Part shown: positions 26,798 to 36,390 of the stretch, one piece after another
Numbering within the stretch: the stretch's first letter is position 1
Layout: each line of letters begins with the position of its first letter
Origin: an uncultured Gammaproteobacteria bacterium
GTDB lineage: Bacteria > Patescibacteriota > Microgenomatia > UBA10105 > UBA927
Reading direction: 5' to 3'
DNA: 64,000 bases
Assembly (NCBI GenBank): GCA_964449585.1
Contig: CAYUZE010000003.1
Span: 4,021 to 68,020, forward strand
The notes under the pieces: generated by a model
Database searches by the model: none
What the model saw: the letters and a program-made list of their open reading frames with translations, nothing else
Told to the model about the DNA's origin: nothing
Position numbers and translations under genes: made by a program

Positions 26798-27355
26798 TTA
26801 TTTTGCCGCAGGAGTCGGAGATCCGATATCTGCACTGAGCTGAAAGTTAATGCCCGTTCCCGGTTTTCGTTGGATGTCGCCCAGGATAACATTTTGTATA
26901 AGCTTAGTGGACTGAAGGTTGGAGAGAAATTGTGCAAACCCCTGCGTCGTTCCGGCGGTTGCGGCAATCGTCATTTTTGTTTTGTTGATTTCAAGGGAGG
27001 TGAAATACACGTCCGCAGGCAACATTGTCTCAAGGATGTTGATGATCTCGACGGGTTTTCCCTGTTCGCTCATCAGTTTTTTGGCCGTTGTGAGATTCGC
27101 CTGGAGTGATTTTATCTCCTTTTCAAACTCAAGATTTGCCTGGATGATCGCCTGTTTTTGTGTGAGTTCTTCCGTAAGATCGGTATTTTTCCGATCAAGG
27201 CTGAAACGGGAGATAAACGCCAACAGAACCACGATTTCTGTGGTGATCATGATGTACCGCCCGTAGGTGGTTGCCCAGGAAATTAACCGACCCCATGGTG
27301 TATGTTCAAGATCCTGAGAGCCTAGTAAATTTATCTGTATCGGTTTGGCAGGCAT
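26798..27355 (-). CDS. pilN: Type IV pilus assembly protein PilN-like
   Basis: N-terminal INLL motif, TM, coiled coil, 'LPADVYFTSL' and 'AQFLSNL'. Confidence 0.8.
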   Translation of the reverse strand: MPAKPIQINLLGSQDLEHTPWGRLISWATTYGRYIMITTEIVVLLAFISRFSLDRKNTDLTEELTQKQAIIQANLEFEKEIKSLQANLTTAKKLMSEQGKPVEIINILETMLPADVYFTSLEINKTKMTIAATAGTTQGFAQFLSNLQSTKLIQNVILGDIQRKPGTGINFQLSADIGSPTPAAK

Positions 27356-27550
27356 ACACAATCAAGTATAGCAAGGGGGATGGCGAAATGAAACGGGGGC
27401 GACCGGTATTTTTGCGAATATTATAAAGGAACATCGGTCAGCTAATGCGTGAAGAAAAGCAAGGAATTCCTCGGTTATGTGCCCCGTGCCACAATGACAT
27501 TACCCGGGAATAAAATAGATACAGAAAAATGAAGAAAGGATTCGTGTCCG

Positions 27551-27787
27551 TTACTTCTTGAGAAGCTTAGCAAGACGCGCCTTTGTTCGGGCGGCCGTGT
27601 TTTTATGGATGATGTTGCGCTTTGCGGCTTTGTCGAGCGCTGCAAATACCAGGGAAACACTTTTTTCCGTCGGCGCCTTTCGCGCTTTTTTGACTAATCC
27701 CTTGAGTACTGCCCGACGACCGGCGTTTTCTTTGGTTCGGACGCGGTCATGTCGCAGTTTTTTGATTGCTCGCTTTGTTATCGGCAT
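27551..27787 (-). CDS. rpsT: 30S ribosomal protein S20
   Basis: MPITKRAIKKLR...LDKAAKRNIIHKNTAARTKARL. Confidence 0.95.
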   Translation of the reverse strand: MPITKRAIKKLRHDRVRTKENAGRRAVLKGLVKKARKAPTEKSVSLVFAALDKAAKRNIIHKNTAARTKARLAKLLKK

Positions 27788-27794
27788 GTGGGGA

Positions 27795-27824
27795 AGTATA
27801 GCTTACTTGGCACTATCGGGTCAA
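27795..27824 (-). promoter_or_regulatory. rpsT promoter (leaderless geometry)
   Basis: Minus strand TTGACC, 18 nt, TATACT, 7 nt, ATG. Confidence 0.7.
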
Positions 27825-27852
27825 GTTCTTCGTGATCTATAATAGGGAAGTT

Positions 27853-29505
27853 ATGATGCGCTTTTGGGCTTGGGCTTCAAAAAAACAAACAACCGTGGGG
27901 TCAGCCGCAACCGTTCTCGCGTTCATGGTTTTATTATCCCGGGTACTTGGACTTGTTCGTGACCGGCTGTTATCAACCTATTTTGCACCGGAACAGTTGG
28001 GAGTCTATTTTGCCGCGTTCAGGATCCCAAATGTTATCTTTGAGTTGCTTGTCATGGGGGCGTTAACCGCCGCGTTTATTCCGGTCTACACGAGATATAT
28101 TTCCGATGAAAGGCATGATGATGCAAAAAAACTCGCCACCGTACTCATCAACCTCAGCGTGGTTATTCTCCTTATCATTGCCGTTCCTTTATATATAGCG
28201 GCACCGTATGTTTCCCGCATGCTTGCCCCGGGTTTTAGTGCGGCACAAATTACGGAAATGACCGCATACACGCGGTTTATTTTGCTTTTTCAGGTGGCGC
28301 CTCTCCTTGTCGGTAATGTGTTGACGGGCATACTGCAGTCGCATAGTTTGTTTCTTATTCCCGCCGCGGCCCCCGTTTTTTATAACGTCGGCATCATTAT
28401 CGGCACCGTCGCCCTTTCCTCGCTATGGGGACTATGGGGACCGGTAGCAGGAGTGGGCATCGGTGCATTCCTCTTTGTGGCAATCCAGATTCCGCTTATC
28501 ATAAAGCTCGGCTATCGGCATACCCTTGCTGTTGATCCCAAAACCCCCGGGGTCAAAGAGGTGGGAAGATTGATGGGTCCGCGTACTTTGGGGCTTGCGA
28601 TTGCGCAAATAGACATCACCATTGATCTCATGCTTGCAAGCCTGTTGGGTGCACGGATGGTGACGATCTTTAACTTCGCGCAACACCTGCAACAATTACC
28701 CGTCGGTCTTTTCGGCACCACCATCGCTCAGGCCGCCCTTCCCTCGCTTTCCCAATTTTCCGCGAAGGATAATAAACAGGAATTCCGGGAAACGATCCAA
28801 AAAGGCATTCATCAGATTCTCTTTTGGGTGCTCCCGACCTCGGTGCTGTTTATGGTGCTGCGGATTCCGATCGTGCGGTTGGTATTCGGAGCCTCCCAAT
28901 TCGACTGGGCGGCTACCGTTGACACGGGAATGACGCTCTCGGCATTCGGATTGTCGCTGTTTGCGCAGGCGATTATCCATATTCTTGCACGCGGATTTTA
29001 CGCACTCTATGACAGTAAAACACCGGTGCGGATAGGCATTATCACCGTGGGGATCAATTCGATGCTGAGCATGATTTTTGTGTTATTCCTCCATCTTCCG
29101 GTCTGGTCACTCGGCTTATCAACCTCTATCGCAAGTATTATCAATGCTGCCGCCCTCTTATACCTATTGGATAAACGCATTGCCGCGCTTATCACACGGA
29201 ATCTTGTTGTTCCCGCAGTGAAAATGGCGATAGCCGCAGGGGTAACCGGGATTGCACTCTATATTCCCCTAAAACTCCTTGATCAGCTTGTCTTTGATAC
29301 GACGAGAACATTCGGTTTGTTGTTTTTGACGGGAGTATCGGCGAGCCTTGGACTCATTACCTATTTTTTCCTCTCGTGGGTATTGGGTGTTACGCAGGTG
29401 TATTCGGTTCTCCGTTTCACCCGGAAATTGACTGCACCTCGCGGATTCTCAATGGAGCCCGCACAGGAAGTCGTGAACGGCGGCATTTCCGATAAAATCT
29501 CATAA
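27853..29505 (+). CDS. murJ: Lipid II flippase MurJ (MviN)
   Basis: SRVLGLVRD, AAFRIPN, AAFIPV, QLPVGLFG and RGFYALYDSKTP. About 14 TMs. Confidence 0.95.
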   Translation: MMRFWAWASKKQTTVGSAATVLAFMVLLSRVLGLVRDRLLSTYFAPEQLGVYFAAFRIPNVIFELLVMGALTAAFIPVYTRYISDERHDDAKKLATVLINLSVVILLIIAVPLYIAAPYVSRMLAPGFSAAQITEMTAYTRFILLFQVAPLLVGNVLTGILQSHSLFLIPAAAPVFYNVGIIIGTVALSSLWGLWGPVAGVGIGAFLFVAIQIPLIIKLGYRHTLAVDPKTPGVKEVGRLMGPRTLGLAIAQIDITIDLMLASLLGARMVTIFNFAQHLQQLPVGLFGTTIAQAALPSLSQFSAKDNKQEFRETIQKGIHQILFWVLPTSVLFMVLRIPIVRLVFGASQFDWAATVDTGMTLSAFGLSLFAQAIIHILARGFYALYDSKTPVRIGIITVGINSMLSMIFVLFLHLPVWSLGLSTSIASIINAAALLYLLDKRIAALITRNLVVPAVKMAIAAGVTGIALYIPLKLLDQLVFDTTRTFGLLFLTGVSASLGLITYFFLSWVLGVTQVYSVLRFTRKLTAPRGFSMEPAQEVVNGGISDKIS

Positions 29506-29550
29506 TACGTGCTACTCAGCGGCACCCCAGAGGGAGGAGCGTGTGTTGTG

Positions 29551-30954
29551 TTATTGATCCTTGGTAAGTTCCAGAATGCCGATACTTTGGCTCGGCATAA
29601 AAATATCGGTGGTCAACGAATCTTCTTCGACCGTATACGGCTTGGTCACATCGCGACCGAAAAGAAACCGTTCACGCAGCTTATAGGTGCCGGGAGCAAG
29701 TTTGGTGAATTTCACCGGTACCTGTTCCGTATGACTGCCTTTGCTGTCAAAGTTAACGAGAAAAACGCGCATGACGTCGTTTTGTATCGTCGCGAATCCG
29801 GTAACCCATGATCCTTCGCCGGTTAACTGCATGCGCGTCCCCGCCATGGTGTCGATAAATGAATAGACGCTATAACGCGGTTTCTTCTTGAGTCCGTTAT
29901 CATCGTGCGTGATAAGCCCCCAGCCGCTCCCGTCGGATTGATTCGGACCGTCCTTGAGTTGAAAACTCATAAGATAGGTGGGGCCTCCCGAAATAAGTTG
30001 GCGGATAACCGCGGCGGTGTGAGCGGCTCCGTACATGGTACCGTAGCCGTTGCTTTTGCTCCCCGTAAATCCGAATTCGGTGATAAGTTTCGGCAGCAGC
30101 GTATAGGAAGGGTATTGGACGAGCCAGGAAATGATATTTCGCTGATCGGCGGCAAATTGTTCAGGATCTGAAAGATATGAATGCCAAGAGAAAAAATTTA
30201 CCCTGTTTCCCGATTCGGCAAGCGCGATGATCCAGTTTTTATACAACCCGGTGGTGGAGGGGCCGCCCAACAAAAACGGATTAACATTTTGCGCATTATT
30301 TGCGCCGATGGCGGCATAACGGTACAGTGTCAAATAGTTTTTTTCGCCTCCAAGTTTCCAGGAACCGAATTGCGCCAAATCCGGTTCATTCCATACTTCA
30401 TAATAGATGCCGCTTAAATTCCGCCCGCCTTTTCCGCTGAAATGTTCGATGGTTTTTTGCACCACCAGCGCCCATTCGTTCCAGTCGTTCGGAGGATTGA
30501 TGATGACGCCGTCTTTTGCGATGACATTGGGCATGTAGGAAAGGGCAAGCACGGGCTTGGCTCCCGTCGATAAAATGGTATTTACCACGGCATCAAGTCT
30601 TGTCCAATCAAAGGTGAGGCCGTTACCGTCCCTGCCGACCACCTGATAGCTGTCATATAAATGATCGATGCGGATTGTTTGCGGACGGAGCGCCTTTACG
30701 TCGGCCGCGATGCTTTGCAGCATGTCGTTTTGTTCCTCTCCTCCTTGCGCAAATGCATGGTAGAAATCCGTTTTGATGGGTTCGAGTCTTGTGGACGTGT
30801 CGACAACGATATTTGCCGGGGTGCCGCTGGCGCGGGTAAGAATCGTAATCGTTGAGCCGATCGCCATGATAAAAAGCGGGAGAAAAATAATAAGCCCTAA
30901 AAAGGAAATGACGGACGTCGTTCTTCCCGATGCTTGCCGCATGACGAAGCTCAT
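29551..30954 (-). CDS. Membrane-anchored GH39-like glycoside hydrolase
   Basis: FDWTRLD, YYEVWNEPD (acid/base), FFSWHSY and ITEFG (nucleophile). N-terminal TM. Confidence 0.85.
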   Translation of the reverse strand: MSFVMRQASGRTTSVISFLGLIIFLPLFIMAIGSTITILTRASGTPANIVVDTSTRLEPIKTDFYHAFAQGGEEQNDMLQSIAADVKALRPQTIRIDHLYDSYQVVGRDGNGLTFDWTRLDAVVNTILSTGAKPVLALSYMPNVIAKDGVIINPPNDWNEWALVVQKTIEHFSGKGGRNLSGIYYEVWNEPDLAQFGSWKLGGEKNYLTLYRYAAIGANNAQNVNPFLLGGPSTTGLYKNWIIALAESGNRVNFFSWHSYLSDPEQFAADQRNIISWLVQYPSYTLLPKLITEFGFTGSKSNGYGTMYGAAHTAAVIRQLISGGPTYLMSFQLKDGPNQSDGSGWGLITHDDNGLKKKPRYSVYSFIDTMAGTRMQLTGEGSWVTGFATIQNDVMRVFLVNFDSKGSHTEQVPVKFTKLAPGTYKLRERFLFGRDVTKPYTVEEDSLTTDIFMPSQSIGILELTKDQ

Positions 30955-31985
30955 AACGATGACCTCCTTACCAAGGGGATAACCGATCCCGTAACAATAA
31001 ACAACAATCCGATGCTTAATAGCATGAGGGTGTTTTCGACGGCTCCCGATACGGGGATTGCGCTTCCCGAAGCACCGTTTTCATCTCCCGTCGCCACCAC
31101 GAAGGCAAGCGTTGCCGTATGGGATTTGCCCGTTGCCGGATCTTGAGCGGCGACCACGATGGTGTGGGGACCGGCAGGAAGCGGTTCCTCCATTGTATAG
31201 CTCCAGTTGCCATTTTCATCCGAGGTTACGGTGACGGTAATCGGGTCGGAATATACGGTGACGGTAACCTCCGTACCCGGTGGCGCTTTTCCTTCGATCG
31301 TCGGCTTTTGGGTGGCGACCGACTCATTTCGTGTCGGTGAAACGATGGTAACGGCGGACGGACTGGCACTATCAGAAGCCGAAAGCGTGGGAGTAAGCGT
31401 CGGGGTAACGGCAAGTGTTGTCGTGGGCGTAACGGTGCTGTTGAGTTGATTGCCGCCGCTCCCGCTGCCGATAGTGATGGTAGCTGGTACCGTACTGGTT
31501 AAGGCATTTGTACTTCCTTCGTTTAACGCACCGACAAACGTGTCGGCGGCAAAACGAACCGCAACGGGGGAAGTGGTTTCCGCAAGGGCTTTGAATTTTA
31601 TGGTTGCAACCGTTCCTGTTCCGGTGACGGGAGTGGTGGTGTTTGTTGCCCCGAGCGCCATGGATACCGTGCCGTTACCCACCGCTCCGGATGTCAGAAT
31701 ATTGGGAAACATGGTACCGTTATGGATCCATTCCGCCTGGAGTTTTGCGGGATCGTAGGTAAGCTTTAAATCGACAGCGACGATCTGGTTGTCTGCCGTG
31801 TCCATCCGTACTTCAAGCGTGAATTCCTCATTGACCGCTTTGGTAAGGGTAGTAGGGGTGAGGGTAAGGGTGGTTGCGGGAGCCGCCTTTTTTCGAAGTT
31901 CCTGGTTCCGCATGGTCAAAAAAACCGATGCGGGGATGGCAATAAGCGTAATTAAAGAAATCAAAATAATAACAAGTCGTTTCAT
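30951..31985 (-). CDS. Cohesin-like plus Ig-like surface protein with C-terminal IPVSG signal
   Basis: 'EFTLEVRMD..IVAVDLKLTYDPAKL...GTVATIKFKA' is cohesin-like, 'DENGNWSYT..L.GPHTIVV' is Ig-like, then IPVSG + TM + RR. Confidence 0.8.
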   Translation of the reverse strand: MKRLVIILISLITLIAIPASVFLTMRNQELRKKAAPATTLTLTPTTLTKAVNEEFTLEVRMDTADNQIVAVDLKLTYDPAKLQAEWIHNGTMFPNILTSGAVGNGTVSMALGATNTTTPVTGTGTVATIKFKALAETTSPVAVRFAADTFVGALNEGSTNALTSTVPATITIGSGSGGNQLNSTVTPTTTLAVTPTLTPTLSASDSASPSAVTIVSPTRNESVATQKPTIEGKAPPGTEVTVTVYSDPITVTVTSDENGNWSYTMEEPLPAGPHTIVVAAQDPATGKSHTATLAFVVATGDENGASGSAIPVSGAVENTLMLLSIGLLFIVTGSVIPLVRRSSL

Positions 31986-32056
31986 GCCTATCTACCATTA
32001 TGATAGAGCTATTGATGAATGGCAATAGTAAGATGGCACACGTCGTTAAAAACCTC

Positions 32057-32085
32057 TTGACACATGTTAGCACTCAATGTATATT
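32057..32085 (+). promoter_or_regulatory. Sigma70-type promoter of the hrcA operon
   Basis: TTGACA (32057-32062), 17 nt, TATATT (32080-32085). Confidence 0.85.
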
Positions 32086-32093
32086 AGTGCTAA
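32067..32093. promoter_or_regulatory. CIRCE element (HrcA operator)
   Basis: TTAGCACTC-AATGTATAT-TAGTGCTAA, one mismatch to the TTAGCACTC-N9-GAGTGCTAA consensus, directly upstream of hrcA. Confidence 0.93.
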
Positions 32094-32094
32094 T

Positions 32095-32820
32095 ATGGAT
32101 GGAGTAGCTGATTTAACACCGCGACAAATTCAAATTTTGAAAGCCGTCATCGATGAATATATTTCGACGGCGGATGCGGTCGGAAGCGAGACGCTCGAGA
32201 AAAAGCATAATCTCGGTGTTTCACCCGCGACCATCCGTAACGAAATGGTTCGTTTGACGGAGTTGGGGATGTTAAAGCAGCCGCATACATCGGCAGGTCG
32301 TGCGCCGACACCGGTGGCACTCAAATACTACGTCGAGCAACTGATGAAACCAAAGGATCTTTCCGTAGCGGAAGAAGTTGCGGTCAAAGAAAAAGTGTGG
32401 AGTTATCGTCAGGAAATCGATAAGTTGCTCCGCGAGGCGACCAAGGCATTGGCGGAGAAAACCAAAACGCTTGCCATCACCGCAACGAATGAAGGTGATC
32501 TGTATTATGCGGGAGCGGCCAATATCCTTGATATGCCGGAATTTTATGACTATCAACTGACCCACGATCTGTTGGGGACACTTGATGAATACGGCTTTTG
32601 GTGGGGGGTATTGGAATCGCACGGCGATCCGTTTTCCATATTGGTAGGCGATGATCTTTCAACGGGGAGTCTTACCCAGTGCGGTTTTGTGTATCACAAG
32701 TTTAAGACACCGCATGTATCGGGTGCCATCGGGGTGGTGGGTCCGTCGCGACTTAACTATCCGTCGGTGATTCCCGTCGTACGGTATCTGGGGAACCTCA
32801 TCGATGAGTTTGCGAGTTAA
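32095..32820 (+). CDS. hrcA: Heat-inducible transcription repressor HrcA (short form)
   Basis: LTPRQ.QIL, VGS, SPATIRNEM, QPHTSAGR.PT and IGVVGPSRLNY. Confidence 0.93.
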   Translation: MDGVADLTPRQIQILKAVIDEYISTADAVGSETLEKKHNLGVSPATIRNEMVRLTELGMLKQPHTSAGRAPTPVALKYYVEQLMKPKDLSVAEEVAVKEKVWSYRQEIDKLLREATKALAEKTKTLAITATNEGDLYYAGAANILDMPEFYDYQLTHDLLGTLDEYGFWWGVLESHGDPFSILVGDDLSTGSLTQCGFVYHKFKTPHVSGAIGVVGPSRLNYPSVIPVVRYLGNLIDEFAS

Positions 32821-32841
32821 GCTGGCTTACCTTTTTCCGTT

Positions 32842-33318
32842 ATGAAAAAACAACAGGACAAACCGGTGAGTGATGAAAAAGCAAAACATCCGCAAAACGC
32901 GTCGGATGTTGCGGTTGAAGAGTGGAAGGCAAAATACGTACGGGTGCTTGCGGATTATCAGAATCTCGAAAAAAGAACCGCCGAGCGGGTGACTGAGGTT
33001 CGCCAATATGCCTCGGAAAGCGTACTATCACGACTCCTTCCCGTCGTGGATACCTTCGGTATGGTAACGAATCATATCAAGGATCCCGGGCTTGCATTGG
33101 CATACAAAGAATTACTCTCCGTGCTGACCGAGCAAGGAGTGGAAAAAATCGAGGTTTTGGGACGGGAGTTTGATCCTATGGAGATGGACTGTATCGAGGT
33201 GGTGCCGGGAAAAGACAACGAGGTGGTGGAAGAAGTGCAGGCGGGATATCGTTTCCGGGGAAAAATATTACGGGTGGCGCGGGTGAAAGTCGGCAAGTCG
33301 GAGGTAATAACTCATTAA
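32842..33318 (+). CDS. grpE: Nucleotide exchange factor GrpE
   Basis: ADYQNLEKR, LLPVVD, FDP and GY....ILRVARVKV. Confidence 0.95.
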   Translation: MKKQQDKPVSDEKAKHPQNASDVAVEEWKAKYVRVLADYQNLEKRTAERVTEVRQYASESVLSRLLPVVDTFGMVTNHIKDPGLALAYKELLSVLTEQGVEKIEVLGREFDPMEMDCIEVVPGKDNEVVEEVQAGYRFRGKILRVARVKVGKSEVITH

Positions 33319-33342
33319 TTGTTCACAAAGAAAGGAGAACAT

Positions 33343-35244
33343 ATGGCAAAAATTATCGGTATTGATTTAGGAACAACCAACTCATGCGTTGCGGTTATGG
33401 AGGGAGGATCACCTAAAGTGATTCATTCCGCAGAAGGCCGCAACGTTATCCCGTCTGTCGTCGATCCCATTAAAAATATCGTCGGCGACGTGGCAAAACG
33501 GCAGACAGTGCTGAAACCGAAATCAACGGTCTTTTCCGTGAAGCGGTTGGTGGGACGCAAATACTCGGATGCATCGGTACAGACGGATGCCAAATGGTTG
33601 CCTTATACGATCAAATCAGGCAAAAACGATATGGCGGTCGTCGAAGTGGAAGGCAAAACCTTTACGCCGCAGGAAATCTCCGCAAAAATTCTTTCCAAAA
33701 TCAAAGCGGATGCGGAAAAGTATCTGGGAGAACCGGTCAAACAGGCGGTTATCACCGTTCCCGCATATTTTGATGATTCCGAACGACAGGCTACCAAGCA
33801 AGCCGGGGAAATTGCCGGACTTGAAGTACTTCGTATTCTCAACGAACCGACCGCCGCGGCATTGGCCTACGGACTCGACAAGAAAAACGTCCACACCATC
33901 GCCGTTTATGACTTAGGAGGAGGAACGTTTGATATCTCCATCCTCGAGCTTGGTGAAGGCGTGTATGAAGTCAAAGCCACCAACGGGGACACCCATTTGG
34001 GAGGCGATGACTTTGACAAGAAAATTCTTGATTATCTTGCCGACGAGTTCAAAAAGGAACACGGTGTTGATCTACGAAGCGATAATCAGGCATTGCAACG
34101 GCTCCGTGATGCCGCCGAAAAGGCTAAGATCGAACTTTCGAGCGCCATGGAAGCGGAAGTGAATTTGCCGTTTATCACGCAAGGCAAAGACGGCCCGCTC
34201 CACCTGGTCGTCAAAATAACGCGCGCCAAGCTGGAATCCATCGTGTTGGATCTTATCCAAAAATCGATCGAGCCCGTCAAGAAATGCCTTGCCGACGCTA
34301 AGCTTAAGGTAAGCGACATCAACGAAGTCGTCATGGTGGGAGGAATGACCCGCATGCCGAAAGTCGTCGAGGTGGTCAAAGAATTCTTCGGGAAAGAGCC
34401 GAACGCATCGGTTAATCCCGACGAAGTAGTTGCCATCGGCGCCGCGGTACAGGCGGGAGTCCTTTCCGGAGACGTCAAGGATGTGGTACTTTTGGACGTC
34501 ACGCCGCTTACCCTTTCCGTGGAAACGTTGGGCGGGGTATCTACCCCCATGATTACGAGAAATACCACGGTGCCGACCAGCAAGACGGAAATATATTCGA
34601 CTGCTGCGGACAATCAGACGTCGGTTGAAATTAACGTGTTACAGGGTGAACGACCGATGGCGGCGGATAATAAATCGTTGGGAAGATTCGTCCTTTCGGG
34701 CATTCCTCCGGCACCTCGCGGGACACCGCAGGTTGAAGTGACGTTCGATATCGACGCTTCAGGCATCCTTTCCGTTTCCGCCAAAGACAAAGCAAGCGGG
34801 AAGGTGAGTTCGATTAAAATCACCGGCTCCACGGGTCTTTCCAAGGAAGAAGTGGAAAAGATGCGCGCCGAGGCCGAAGCGCATGCCGCGGAAGATACCG
34901 AGAAAAAGGATAAGATCGAAGCGCGCAACAAAGCCGACAACATGATCTACCTTGCCGAAAAGACGGTCAAAGATGCGGGGGATAAGGCAAAGGCGGAAGA
35001 TAAAGCCGCGATCGAAGAAAAGGTGAAGGCGTTAAAGGATATCCTGGAAACGGGATCTAAAGAAGACCTTGAAGCCAAAACAAGCGCCCTTTCTGATGTC
35101 GTTCAGAAACTCGGGGCCGCTATGTATCAACAACCTCCGCAGGGAGCGCCCGCTGATGCAAACGGCGAAGCACCGAAGGAAGAAAACGGGGAAAAGAAGC
35201 CTGAAGACAAAGCAAAAGCGGAAGAAGGCGAAGTGGTAAGTTAA
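33343..35244 (+). CDS. dnaK: Chaperone DnaK
   Basis: [39 protein letters not shown] and [15 protein letters not shown]. Confidence 0.98.
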   Translation: MAKIIGIDLGTTNSCVAVMEGGSPKVIHSAEGRNVIPSVVDPIKNIVGDVAKRQTVLKPKSTVFSVKRLVGRKYSDASVQTDAKWLPYTIKSGKNDMAVVEVEGKTFTPQEISAKILSKIKADAEKYLGEPVKQAVITVPAYFDDSERQATKQAGEIAGLEVLRILNEPTAAALAYGLDKKNVHTIAVYDLGGGTFDISILELGEGVYEVKATNGDTHLGGDDFDKKILDYLADEFKKEHGVDLRSDNQALQRLRDAAEKAKIELSSAMEAEVNLPFITQGKDGPLHLVVKITRAKLESIVLDLIQKSIEPVKKCLADAKLKVSDINEVVMVGGMTRMPKVVEVVKEFFGKEPNASVNPDEVVAIGAAVQAGVLSGDVKDVVLLDVTPLTLSVETLGGVSTPMITRNTTVPTSKTEIYSTAADNQTSVEINVLQGERPMAADNKSLGRFVLSGIPPAPRGTPQVEVTFDIDASGILSVSAKDKASGKVSSIKITGSTGLSKEEVEKMRAEAEAHAAEDTEKKDKIEARNKADNMIYLAEKTVKDAGDKAKAEDKAAIEEKVKALKDILETGSKEDLEAKTSALSDVVQKLGAAMYQQPPQGAPADANGEAPKEENGEKKPEDKAKAEEGEVVS

Positions 35245-35293
35245 GCACTTTTGCCTCCTGAAACCTGTTCAGGATCCATCAAAGCGACGTAAC

Positions 35294-35329
35294 GCAAAAT
35301 GCCTCGTATTGGTAACGGGGCATTTTTGC
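35294..35329 (+). terminator. Probable intrinsic terminator between dnaK and dnaJ
   Basis: AAAATGCCTCGT-attggta-ACGGGGCATTTTT hairpin. A TATAAT at 35343-35348 follows. Confidence 0.6.
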
Positions 35330-35390
35330 TCGTAAAACCTTGTATAATGAAGGCGGGATTTCGCGGTACAGACCGCAGTGACGATATCAT

Positions 35391-36284
35391 ATGGCAACGA
35401 AACGTGATTTTTATGAAGTGTTGGGAGTCAGCAAATCCGCCTCTCCAGCGGAGATTAAAAGCGCGTATCGCAAACTCGCGCTGGAGTGGCACCCTGATCG
35501 TAATAAAGCTCCCAACGCCAACGAAAAGTTTAAAGAAATCAACGAGGCCTACGCCGTGCTTTCTGATGCCAAGAAAAAAGAAACGTATGACCAATACGGA
35601 CATGCGGCGTTCCAGCCCGGCATGGGCGGGGGAGCGCAGGGAGGCAATCCCTTCGGCGGAGGGTTCGGACAGGGACCGTTCCAGTATTATTACTCCTCGG
35701 GTGGTCAGGGCGGCAACCCGTTCGGCGGTATGGGCGGCGATTTCATCGATCCTTTCGAGATATTCGAACAGTTTTTCGGCGGCGGCTTTTCCCCGCGCGG
35801 AAGAGGACGGGCTCACCCATCGTACGAAATGGAAATTAGCTTCACGGATGCGGTAAAAGGAGTCACCCGCGAGATTCACGTACCCAAAGGAGGAGCGGGG
35901 GAAGGGTCACTCAAAAAAACGATCAAAATCCCGGCAGGCGTCGATACCGGTTCGCGCATCCGATTCGATGAATTTGATCTCGTGATTTCGGTAGCCCCGG
36001 ACAAAAAGTTTAAACGGGAAGGGGATGACATCTTTCTCGAAGAAGGAATTTCCTACAGTATGGCCGCTTTGGGCGGCGTGCTGGAAGTTTCGACGATCGA
36101 CGAATCAGTGAAAATCCGTATCCAGCCGGGTACCCAACCGGGTACACTGATCCGCATCAGAGGCAAAGGCGTTCCCCATGTGCGCGGCAACGGGCGGGGA
36201 GATCAGTACGTCAAAATTCAGGTGAAGGTTCCTACCCATCTCTCGCGGCGTCAAAAGGAACTTTTGCAAGAACTTGAGGAGTAA
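35391..36284 (+). CDS. dnaJ: DnaJ-class co-chaperone lacking the zinc finger
   Basis: J domain (WHPD), G/F-rich region and C-terminal domain. No CxxCxGxG repeats. Confidence 0.9.
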   Translation: MATKRDFYEVLGVSKSASPAEIKSAYRKLALEWHPDRNKAPNANEKFKEINEAYAVLSDAKKKETYDQYGHAAFQPGMGGGAQGGNPFGGGFGQGPFQYYYSSGGQGGNPFGGMGGDFIDPFEIFEQFFGGGFSPRGRGRAHPSYEMEISFTDAVKGVTREIHVPKGGAGEGSLKKTIKIPAGVDTGSRIRFDEFDLVISVAPDKKFKREGDDIFLEEGISYSMAALGGVLEVSTIDESVKIRIQPGTQPGTLIRIRGKGVPHVRGNGRGDQYVKIQVKVPTHLSRRQKELLQELEE

Positions 36285-36297
36285 GCCGAGGCAGGAA

Positions 36298-36326
36298 TTG
36301 ACGCGCGTAGCCGTGGACGATATAAT
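36298..36326 (+). promoter_or_regulatory. nusA promoter
   Basis: TTGACG, 17 nt, TATAAT. Confidence 0.85.
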
Positions 36327-36344
36327 AGCGGTATTGTAAGAGGT

Positions 36345-36369
36345 AAAGGTGGGGTGACCCGCCTTTTTT
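36345..36369 (+). terminator. Terminator-like leader hairpin upstream of nusA (rimP-leader-like)
   Basis: AAAGGTGGG-GTGA-CCCGCCTTT-TTT between the promoter and the SD. Confidence 0.65.
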
Positions 36370-36390
36370 ACTAAAGAGAAGGAGAAAACC

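Noticed and set aside
27371-27550. 180-nt spacer between pilN and rpsT as a possible dif site, ncRNA or pilM remnant
   Set aside because: No XerC/D consensus match, convincing structure or pilM-like translation was seen.
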